Shown here one piece after another: positions 38,942 through 49,889 of a stretch of DNA of 64,000 bases (position 1 is its first letter; every line of letters starts with the position of its first letter). Origin of the DNA: Tubulanus polymorphus (taxonomy: Eukaryota > Animalia > Nemertea). A program made the translations under genes and the position numbers. Under the pieces are notes generated by a model that was given only the letters and a program-made list of their open reading frames with translations, was not told the DNA's origin and did no database searches. The DNA lies in the NCBI RefSeq assembly GCF_964204645.1, contig NC_134031.1, forward strand, positions 5,828,001 through 5,892,000, written 5' to 3'.

Positions 38942-41900
38942 CTAAGACAGGCCGACGAGCGCATGCGGTGTCATCGCCGCTACTTTGTTGACTTTTTTAT
39001 TTCGCTGTTTCTTATTCGATCTCCCGCGAGATTTTCGTTTCGACGATTTCTTGCCGCGTCCTTTTCGCCTTTTGCCTTTGTTGTTGTTCTTCTTCGATTT
39101 CGAGCTCCTCGCATCCGCTGAAGAATAAAATAAAGGGAACATTGACAGACGTTTTCGGATTACAGAATTTTTACGAACACAAGAAAACATGTAATGTACA
39201 GAGGCGGATCTTGAGGCCAATTTTGAAGAACTTGTCACATCTCAAAGGGGCACTTTGATGTCCAAAAAAGCAATATTAGGCTTAAAATGATACCTTGTCT
39301 CATAAAATGCAATAAAATTTGTAATCATTTATTTCTATAGCTGCCGGGTCTGCTATGGTTAAATTTATCTCCGTTTTTTCAAAAAGTAATGTACAGGGTA
39401 GATAAGCAGCCGGCTTGTAAGTTAAACAGAAAGGAGAACCAAGGTATCAATCGTTTAACCTCAGGGTCACTACCGCATTGAAATGCACCAATTTTTATTG
39501 TCTTTGTTGAAAGAAATAGAAAAAAGCACTCCAAACAATTCGTTGGAATTGTGCAAGTCTCACAAGTCCCCTGGTTCCACCCCTGATGTATATTGATGTG
39601 TAAATATTTTTTGCTATTTTTGGGCCGGGAATCTCTTAGAGATTTTATCTTATACCCCTAGCCCCAGTATTCATAGAGATTCGAACAAGGCCAACGTCGC
39701 GTAGAATTGACGATGCATCCCCGTTTCTACAGGTGGTTAAAAATCTAATCGCTCGACGCGCCAAACTGATACTGAAATCCTCGATTGAATGCTATAAGAC
39801 ATTTTCCGACGCAATCAGGATTTTTTTTCGAACACCAGCGCGGAACTGTTCAATAAGGTCGATTGGCTATTGATACAACATAGTAACTAAGCGGATTATT
39901 GACAGACTGAGGCTATACCCCTTGCGGAAATGAGGATTAGATCTCGTCTGTCGGTTCGAGAAGAACAGATTCCTGTGCGAACTGTAGCAGACGGTTGAGT
40001 AGTACTTCGATAGGTACTCATGCCCGCTCTCAACTGAATCCCCGAATCGGTGACAGATTCTTCATCATTATCATTCGCAGAAATAAGATAGAATTCTAGT
40101 AGGGCTTGCTTTTCATACCTGAACATTTAGGGCAACACTGGTCTTTACTGAAACTCCATAGGCGCCGAGGACAAGGAAGTTTTGGACATTTCTTCTTCTG
40201 ACATTTGATTTCGCCAGCCTGAAAACGATAACAGAGGGATGAAAATTAAAAAAATCCTAACGTTTTTCAAATATTTTTCTTTTTTAGAAGTTTTTGTGAT
40301 AACTTTATGTTTTTAAGTTATGATAGCTGCTTACCTTACACCGGCACGTAACGCATCGAATCGTTCCGAAATCACCCACTTTCGGATTCCAGTGAGTTCC
40401 ATCCGGAATACGGGACTTCCCAAATAAACAAGCTACAAAATACGAAAATTACGATTCTAAGTAACGAGAGCAAGTTGAAAATGTTGCTTTTTTTCTAAAA
40501 ATTCCTCAATCTCGATAATCGCAAATATACCTTTAGCATCCGGAGAATCACCGAGCACGCTAGAGTCCTTGTTGACTACTCGACTGACTGCTGTGCTATC
40601 TGTAAAATAACATTATCAGAGTTAGTTGATGAGATTTCAAGACAATGAAAATGGTAACTTAGGGTGGCTCTTCCAGCCTGAAGTATAGTAAACTCTAGCC
40701 ACTACGATCGATGACCATTTCATAAAAATTTTCTGTGAATTGGACCGGAGGACTCGGGCACTATATAGGTTGCAGTATCAGGTGTAATATTTCGATTAAA
40801 CTATCCCCAGTTCTACGGATAGAATTCAATAATTTTGAATTATTGCGATCGTTGCGACAGAACATACCTGGACACACTCTGCAGCAATCAGTTTGATTTC
40901 TCCTGTACGCCTCGGCTTCCGGGCAGGTTAACGCGGGACATTCGATACGGTGACAGTCGGTTTCTTCCGTTCCATCTCCCTGTGAAAATACAAATTTCAC
41001 ACATCTAGTTTACAATCGAGAAACCGAAGATAAAAATTCGAGCAAATCATCCCTCTGAAATGTTGGATCCACGTATTTTTTATAAGCGTCTAAACCTGGT
41101 CTTCCATGACGTCTCTTTACAGTAAACCTTGCCTAATGTGGCAAATCGGAAAATACGTTAAAAGGCAGAAAATAATTTCGTTTTTGTCCGAGTTAGTGAA
41201 AAGTACGAGTTGGCTGTGTCTGAGTTTGGTGAGTGGTTTATTGTACTTTCTTCATGAGCTTTCCTCACGGGGAAGGTTGATAGATTGGATTTTTCAAAAA
41301 CACTAAAATATGCCCGTTGATAAGCAAGAGAATACGTTATTTTGTGCCAATACTCACCTTACAACTGCAGACGGCGCAACGAACAAATCCAAACGGTGGA
41401 ATGTACGGATGCCATTTGGTGCCGTAAGCGTGGTATCTCTGATCACCGTTGAAAAAACACCGATTCGCCGTCGTATTAACAGAAGAACCGACGACTGTAG
41501 CAGATTCATTGCTAGATCCGGCTGAAATAGGAAGAAATAAACGTTTCATAGTATCATACGATATAAGCGGAATAAATTATCAAATATGATTCTAAATTTG
41601 CGGGTTCGATCTTGACATTTGGCGGCCTACAACAGCGAGGATATCTCGGGCATAATTTCGTCATATAACTATAGTCGAACCAAGGTAGTGTACATATAAA
41701 TTTATGGGTATGTTACGAGGTGCCCTAAGCTCAAATACCAAGTACGCTAATGGGGAAGAGTTGAGGGAGGCTGAAGAGTATCCACCAAAAATTCTAACAA
41801 TAGCAAGAATTGAATAGAATTTCCGAATCGTACGATACTTACCATCACACTTCGGACAGCATTCACCCTCTATCGTCACTGGATTGTCGCACGCAACTGT

Positions 41901-44900
41901 AGGACATTGCATTTCATGACACGCGGTCGTTCCACGCTAAAAGAAAAGCAACGCAAGTTCAAGATGATTCGATCTCTTCTAAAAAGTCTATACGAATTTT
42001 ATATACACGCGAATTCAAATCTACTCGAATCGAAGTTAGAATTAAACTTACGATGCAGCTACATGCCCGACAGGGGGCGTCTGGGTCGGGAGTCCATCTC
42101 GCTCCGTCGTCGTACATTTTACCGCTGTACATGCATTTGTATTTGTCAACGTCGTCCTGGTTATCCTTCCCCTCCTCGCCCATCACTATACTACTGTCGA
42201 ACAGGGCGCATTGGTTTTCCAGCTTAACCTGGAAAATGAACGACATTCCTGTTAGGAAAATAGCTACATTAAAAAAATATTCGGATCAATTTCGAAACGA
42301 GTTTTACCTGCCCGATGATTTCGCCTTGAGGATGCGTTTTTGTGGCTATTTGTAAGAAAGCTTCGCCTTCGTTCATCGCTTCGAATAACGATTTTTCTAA
42401 ACCTTCTGCGGAGCCTTTAACCTAAAAACAAAAATCAAATATTTATACATGAATAATCCCGAACATGATTTTTTTCTGAATTAGGAGCCTTATATGAAAT
42501 TTTTGCTATTTTGTACAATTTTCTAAGTTATCATATTGAATGTCCAGACAGTAAAAATTCCTAAAAACTATAGCCTTTACGAATTTTTGATAAAGCCTAA
42601 ACGCGTAATAGAACCGATTTACTTACATATTCCCCGATAAACCCTTTCAGCATTTGCACTTTATTCTGCGACGAAGAGGTGACCTTTCTCGACTTGGGTT
42701 TCGCTACTACGGGACCAGTGCCGCGATCGATGTATTGACCTAGTTCTGCGTAGCTCGTCATCAATTTCGTCGACTCGCCCGATTCTGTGCTCAAACCTTT
42801 GATAACCATTTGATAGTGGAGGGTGCAGCCGGCACTGAGCACGAGCCACGCGTGACCAGCCGCGCCCACCTTTCTACTCGGGTTCACGCCTACACCCGAT
42901 AGTAATACAGGAAAGTCTGTAAAACAAAACATGATATTTATTTTCCTTCATTTGATTTGTTTCTGATATGACGTCATCTTCATCAAATGGCGTATCAAAT
43001 ATAACGATTCTAAAAAAAACCTCAAATGCCAACTAAACATTTTCAATCTACTTGAAGGATCATAACCTCGATTTAGTTTTTACCTCGGCTAGTGTCAATT
43101 TCTGGATTGAACAACAATTCGGTGACGCGTCCGTGCAGCGCGCTGACGTCATTATTCACCGTAGCGACGTTGATGAAAAATCGGTGACGTAATAACATGT
43201 AGAAGTGTTCAACTTTCGTTTTACTGATCGTGCCATTTGCCTACAAATGAATATACGATCATAAGCAATAGTAGGACGGCGAGACGACCACCTTTCTTTG
43301 TGATTTATTATAAGAACTGATAGTTTTGAAATTCCATAAGTAAATCTGATTATTCAAATAATCAATTTTGGAGAACAAATATTTCATAATCAAATTACAT
43401 CAAATAATTAAAATAACAGCCAGATTTTCGTTTGAGGCTCAAATTGTAGGGGCACCATTAACTGATATCGGGGAAAGGGAAATTCATGAAATTTTGTTTG
43501 TTTTAACTGAATTTTCTGAACGAAGAATATAGCTATTTCAAGAGGTACATACCCAGCCATCGAATTTTTGCCCAATTTTCGAAAAAGATCTTTTAGCATT
43601 AGTAACTCGTTTGGTTTCCTTTTTCGTCGCATATTCTATTGTCAAACCCGTCAGTCGACTATCCAATCCGCCGATGAATATCTGAAATATATCAATACTA
43701 TTTTCTCAATATCACGCGGAATACGATTCAGATTTTCGCGCGTAAAAATTATTTCGTATACAGAAGATAGATGGCGATATAATCGCTACTGCGAATGGCG
43801 ATATTTATTTGCTTTAATATCTACACACGGCAACACAAAGATCCATTCCCTCGCTGCATGAGAAATTGGGTGATGATTGAGGTCGTGATTAAACTTAAGT
43901 TATGATGAAATGATACATTTCAAGCCGCATTTACTATTCAATTAGATCATATCGTACATTTTTCGCTGTTGGGTATGTGAACCAGGATGGCCGAGTGGTT
44001 AAGGCGTTGGACTTAAGTTCCAATGGACGGATGTCCGCGTGGGTTCGAACCCCACTCCTGGTAAAGTTTTTCTTTTCCATCATCTTTTAAAATTACCTTG
44101 TAATGTATTTTGCCGTGATTGTCATACGTTAAGACGGCTGATCCTGCAGCTCCAATCATTGTTTTCTCCATAGATTCAGCTCCAGACAAAACCGATTGCA
44201 AAGCTGTAATAGGGAAATTAACTACATTTTCGCACCGTCTAATCTAATTGAATACCTTGAGATGAACTGAAATCGATATAGAATACTTACTATTACAGAT
44301 CGAACGAGGGGTAATCCGACCAGATATGGTTTTTCCTGATGCAGTTACGATCACTAATTTATATTTAGCTCGAGCGAATTGTCTCGATTCAGCAGTTTTC
44401 AAGTTAGTCCAAACATCAGAGAAAACTTCATCCTTAAGAAAAAAATATTGACGTTAGAATACAATCCTTTTCTAGACCATAAAACAACTAATGTATATTG
44501 GTCGGGAACAATGATTTAAAAAATCAAAACATCTCCCCGGCCGGGAATCGAACCCGGGTCTCGCACGTGACAGGCGCGGATACTCACCACTATACTACCG
44601 AGGAACGCTGACTTCAATGTGAAAAAGTAGCTTTATAAATCGTGTAGCTACTCTATACGAGCACCTGTTATTCGTTGGGTTTGAAAATTAACAGTAGGAA
44701 ATATTTCAACTTACGTGATTAGACATAACTACGATGAATTCTTTCTTTATTTCTTTATCTTTCTGGAACCTGACTTTTATTGTTGTTTTGGTATCTGTAA
44801 ATTTGTAAAAATATTTGTTAAATCTCAGCGCTAATCGTTCGGTTGCCTGGGTAAACTCGCCTTCCCATTGCAGTTTCTTTGCAATTAGCACTTTACACAA

Positions 44901-47900
44901 CTACTCGGGGATTAAAATGACATGTTTACTGTTTTGATTTAGATTCAACTATAGTACATCATAACAGGTTATTTACCTTCGTTTCGTAAAAACCCTTTTA
45001 TTTTTACGTGAAAATCAATCATATTGCCAGCTTCGTTCGTGCTGAACACCGCAGAACCTCCGATTCCCGTGTCTTCCCGTGAGATTAACAAAGCCGCGAA
45101 CGTTTCTAAAATGTATGTATAGAAAATGTAACATGTAAGATTTCATATCAATTGATTACAAAGACGTTATTTAATTTATTCAAAATATAGTTACGTCTCG
45201 TCGCAAAAAGGTGAAACACTCAAGATATCGTTTGAAGATCTTTTTTTATCGATTTATCTTCCATAGCTTACCATCGGAGAGAGTGTCCCGTGATTCGATT
45301 TTGGCGCGAACCTCTCCTTGGGGGTGTTTTTGAGTGGCGATTACAGCGGTCAAAACGCCTCGGTGCAGATAGTTCTTAAACACGTCGGGAATATTACCCC
45401 ATAGACCGCAAATCTACAATTAAAAGATTGTACTGGAAACTACAAAACCGGAAGTACATAAGAACCATTACATAAGCCGTTTTATGAACCATTACATAAT
45501 GTCTCCGCAGGGGTTCGGATTTGATGGCATCAGGATAACGTAGGAGCTAAGAGGGAAACGTCCCCTTCCTTCGCTAAGGCTACCCATGAGAACACAACTA
45601 TGGCCCAGGTTAGCGGCTGTGCTGAATAGGTCATGACCGGTCTAAATTTCGTCGTGTGAACGCGCCTAAAGTTTAAAGCCCACTATAAAAATCAATGATT
45701 AAGTGACGACTCATTGAAAGTGAAAAAGACCCAGAAGAAAATCCAGTAAGCGATAAGACGTGCCCTTGACGTTTCAGAAATCAACGTCGTTTTAATTTTT
45801 GGATAATAAATTTCCCTTTCAAATCCTAAATTTGTTTATAGTGGTTTTCGAATAAGTAACACGTAACCTATAACTATAATAGTTAGTAGTATATGTCTTA
45901 CGACACTAATCATAATATACGGTAGTATCATCATAATGATACTGTAATTGAATGCGAGTGCGCATACGTTTAAAGAGGTAAATACGTAAGTGTGAAATGT
46001 TACTAACCTTCCCAGTCTGTTCGTTTCCTGATATTTTCTGTTCAAATAAAACTTCGTCGCTGTCGTCAACTAACCAGAAATGAGTAGGTCGTCGTATCCT
46101 GAAACAACGAATAGAATATATGAAATTTGATACGTCGATTCCTTTGTCGACTAAAAATGAATGGCCGAATTTCTAAAAATTAGTTTGATAGTCCATGGTA
46201 GAATCTAACTGAACTTACTTCTCATAGTTCACGGTGAAATAAAGATCCGATTTCTGTAGCTGGAAGCGCCCCTTAGCGACTCCGTGAGTCGTTACGTTAT
46301 CCCCGGTCATCAGAGTCGAAAATTCTACAGGAAGAAAAAAAAATGAAAAATGAGAAATCATTTTCAATAAAGGCTAACTTAGCTTTGCTTAGGAAGGTTC
46401 GCGATCATGATATGTATATATTCATATATGTAATACCTTGGTAACTGGCATCCCCTACAACCCACGAATTCGTTTTACTGTCGCCCATAAATGTCATCGC
46501 AGTCTGTCCATTCGAAATCGCTTCATCTGAAATAAACAGTAAATAAAAGGAATATAGTCTCTTCGCACAGAATTCTAAGTACGTAACGTTTATTTTTTTA
46601 GGGTCAGCGTCGAGGAGACTTAACCCGAATATCTAGCGTGGACAGGGTGCACTCGACTATACACCGCGCGCGCACACCTGCAAAGTCAAAAAGTTTTCTT
46701 TTTAAATCGGTGATATTTGCTCGAATCGTTTCACATCAATTCAACACGTGCAAATTCGTCGATGATATGCGTGCGTGCGTGCGTGTGTGAATGTGGGAAA
46801 TTATTACGCGGAATTCCGCAGACGTCAAGTTGAAATTTAGGCAATATATGATAAATTTCATATATTAAAACATCACGAAGATTGTGTGATGATGCGCTGA
46901 ACGACTGATTGCAGTTATTTTGAACAGTAGATTTGTAGGTTTACAAAAATTAAGATTGAATTTCTTGAAATTATACCAGCCTGGTCGAAACATATCGGAA
47001 GAGTTAGCCTTATCCTAAATTCAAACGATGCTGACATGTTTTCCATAGTGGAGACCCGAACTTTTAAGACGGTCCCAAAAAACTGTTGACTTAACGATGC
47101 CACATTTTAGTAGAAGAAGGGAAGTGTCTCATTACACTTCCCTGGTAGAAACTATCGTGGGCGTCACCAGTGGGGAGTCGGGGCTTTTAAATCTAAGTTC
47201 CGAATTAGTTTCGAATTTAGTTTTTTTCACATTCAGGAAATTTCATAGAATACATTGCATTTGACGATCTTAGAAAGATTCAAACAATTTCAAGAATTCA
47301 GAAATGCTCGTCTGCCATCGACGCTCGGCGGATGCGGTTTTTTAGGACCAATAAATTGTCACATCAACATGAAACAGCCCACCCAATAACCGAGGTGTGT
47401 CCTCCAAAAAACCTCCAACCAATTTGTATAGCTATCTAGACTACGAATGGTTATAAAAATGATCGTTATAGAATATGTATCAATTTACCTTTTTCAGGGC
47501 AGGTTTTGCAGCACGCTCCTGGTAAAGTTACTGGATTTTCGCAATCGGCTTCCGGACATTCCTGTTTGATGTAACGACACGACACTTTTCCTTTTCTGGC
47601 ATATCGCTCGCTCTTACTGTTTTTCTTAATCTAGCGATCGGAAAAAAAAGCGCTGATCAAAAATTACGCCTGACAAGCACAAATTGCGCAATCGAGTTAA
47701 TAAAGGAAAGATTGATTTATCAAATTTTGAATAGAAATGCTTACCGGGGCGCATCGGCACTTTATACACCTCATGAATCCATACGGTTCTAAAGTCGGTT
47801 TCCATACATCTCCTAGATTATACCTTTTACCGCCTAATTTACATCCTAGAATAGAAAAACTCGAATTATCAACAATCGCCAGCGCTCATTTTATGGGCTC

Positions 47901-48441
47901 TATATTTTAAGATAGGAAAATTCGATCGATTGGATAATGGAAATCGATTGCTACTTCAATGGTCATTAGTGGATCATAGAACGCATGGAGGAAATCTGTC
48001 CATTTCTGCAGAATTTTTAGATAATCGTATTTTGTGTTTCATCTACGTTGAACTACCATCGTACTATAACTGAAAAGCTGGAGCCAGTTGTACAGAAGAG
48101 TCGTGACTTAAGTTGTCTTAAAGTTGTCTTAAATCTTACGACAGGTCTTAAGTTGTTAAATTGGCTATAAAACTAAGTTGGTCTTAGACTGATCTTAAGT
48201 CTTAGCCATGACTATGCAACCGGCCCCTGGAGCTTTGATATGGTTCACAATCTAAACCGTGAATATATGTACATATAAAGATATCTATAAGAGATATTAA
48301 ACTGAGTTTACCTGGTACTTTGTTTCTGTGTTCTACGGCATCGCTGTCTGGAGTTAGCGGTAGTAAAGCTTCGTTAATCCCGATTAGCACAAAATAAGTG
48401 AGTACTTGTACGATGCTCGTCATAGCAGACGATACGAACAT
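38942..48441 (-). CDS. chrd: Chordin (BMP antagonist, sog orthologue), 23 coding exons, 979 aa
   Basis: Exons (minus): 48441-48312, 47845-47745, 47630-47489, 46526-46437, 46324-46219, 46098-46008, 45413-45272, 45105-44977, 44794-44715, 44432-44291, 44203-44097, 43681-43553, 43240-43084, 42916-42627, 42421-42308, 42228-42052, 41936-41843, 41521-41358, 40979-40868, 40599-40531, 40432-40335, 40218-40119, 39117-38942. All GT-AG, phases compatible, total 2940 nt with no internal stop. Signal peptide; CR1 GCKLGGKRYNLGDVWKPTLEPYGFMRCIKCRC..CCKTCP; CHRD motifs LQSVLSGA..GAAGSA, AAGHAWL...CTLHY, HPQGE; CR3 CFFNGDQRYHAYGTKWHPYIPPFGFVRCAVCSC; CR4. Confidence 0.97.
39199..39585. mobile_element. MITE, CAGGGGCGGATCC family, in last chordin intron, 5-bp TSD
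   Basis: cagaggcggatc ... ggttccacccctg flanked by ATGTA on both sides. Confidence 0.7.
43981..44063 (+). tRNA. tRNA-Leu(TAA), in chordin intron 11, antisense
   Basis: ACCAGGATGGCCGAGTGGTTAAGGCGTTGGACT-TAA-GTTCCAATGGACGGATGTCCGCGTGGGTTCGAACCCCACTCCTGGTA; 83 nt, long variable arm, A and B boxes, TTTTT terminator at 44067. Confidence 0.97.
44533..44604 (-). tRNA. tRNA-Asp(GTC), in chordin intron 9, sense
   Basis: TCCTCGGTAGTATAGTGGTGAGTATCCGCGCCT-GTC-ACGTGCGAGACCCGGGTTCGATTCCCGGCCGGGGAG; 72-nt cloverleaf followed by T4 and T6 runs. Confidence 0.97.
48081..48226. mobile_element. Harbinger-like CTTAAG-rich MITE in chordin intron 1
   Basis: gagccagttg...tgcaaccggccc with CTG on both flanks. Confidence 0.88.
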
Positions 48442-48589
48442 GGTTCACTGTCACGAATCACCGCAAATCAATTGAAGTTATCCAAATTCCTATACTCGCT
48501 TCACAAAAACCACCACTTCGATGTTTTGTATGTGGTCCTCCCCCTAGCGGTTGGAATTGTTCGACTGGAAGGTCCTCGACGATGTGAAT

Positions 48590-48925
48590 AGATAGTAGAT
48601 TGAACGTGTTGTGGTTGGAGGTCTGGTGGCAGGTCGGCTATTTATTCAAAAATTAAACCGGCAACCCGCGGTGTCATCTCGTCTACAAATTTGATTGGTG
48701 ATCGGACATCACTCAAACACCTGCTTAACCCTGGCAATCATCGGAATAAATCATGCAAATTAGCAAGCCAGTACGTATGCTCAGCGGCTATTAATTAACC
48801 AACTAGTAAATTAGTTAGTTGACACAAAGTGTCGAAACTTAATTGCGATGTTAGTAATTAACATAACTACCAATCTAATCAACACAACGTACTAATTACA
48901 CAGTTTTGTTTTTGGGACAATTGAG
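48590..48925 (-). promoter_or_regulatory. Putative chordin core/proximal promoter
   Basis: Minus-strand TATA-like AATAAATA ~48640-48647, CCAAT ~48694-48698, octamer ATGCAAAT 48753-48760, clustered TAATTA/TAATC motifs 48790-48900; TSS not determined. Confidence 0.45.
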
Positions 48926-49329
48926 CTTATGTCAGCGTGCAGTTGGAGAAATATAGAGTTCACACGCCGATCACTACTTACTAATCATCGATCCTTTGAA
49001 ATATATTCAATTTGGATAACAATACCCTATATCTTGAGAATCAAAAGTTTCTTTCTGTGGTTAAGATTGAAACGCATTAATTATCTTTCCAAACAAAGCT
49101 TTAGCACTGAGAAAAAAATGCAAGCCCCTAAACACAAACACAATCAACGAAATAAGGCAGGCAATTTCTTAGAATTACTCAAGTTTTAAGAAAAACGTTT
49201 TAGAAAATCAACAGTTACAAAACGAGCGTCCATGTTCTTGATACTATATTTGCTTGATTTAAAAACTGTTATCATTTTCTTTTTTGAAAAAAGTAGACAC
49301 GACCAGCGATTCCGATGTGAATAAACGCC

Positions 49330-49500
49330 GAATGATTGAATGAATGAATGAATTTATTTTGCATTTCATAACAACATTATATAATAGAAAAAATGACAGG
49401 ATTTCGTATGAGCTTTTCTACAATATAGAGTAATAATGAAAATACATGAGACCCAGAGAAGTCAAGATGTGACTTATGCGAATCCGAGCCCCCTTACCAA
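49330..49500 (-). mobile_element. Probable LINE 3' tail
   Basis: Minus strand ends AAATAAA + (TTCA)n preceded by a short stem-loop (aagtc..gactt). Confidence 0.4.
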
Positions 49501-49786
49501 TGAAACCAATAATAGAGATCGTAAGTACAAAGAATAGAATATAAACGAATGAAACAATTGGAAAAAGCAAAGCAATATTCAATATCGAGTTCAGTTTACA
49601 GTACGTCAGTAAAACTACGAAGGGTTTGTTTTGCCGGAGTTAGATTTATTGTGTAATCTTGTAGTTGTGAGTCTGGTATTAAAATTAAGATATCCGAGAA
49701 ACCCGGCATAAGGGCGTTAAAGTTTCATAATAACACAATACGGATGAAATTTAATGGAATATTCTGTTAAACGACCAAAATTCCCT

Positions 49787-49889
49787 GGGCCCGGTTTTGT
49801 AAACTGGTATTTACTTTAACCAGGGGGTTAATTCAATTCATTTTCAATTGAGTTAACCCCCGGTTTAAAGCTAACACCAAACTGGGCCC
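49787..49889. mobile_element. Second CWG-flanked MITE family (GTTAAC-rich); relatives at ~51445-51648 and ~60660-60807
   Basis: gggcccggttt...aaactgggccc TIRs, internal ggggttaa/ttaacccc symmetry. Confidence 0.65.

Noticed and set aside
39896-40126. 76-aa minus ORF as an extra chordin exon
   Set aside because: Out of frame with exon 22 and no good acceptor; exon 22 joins 39117 in phase.
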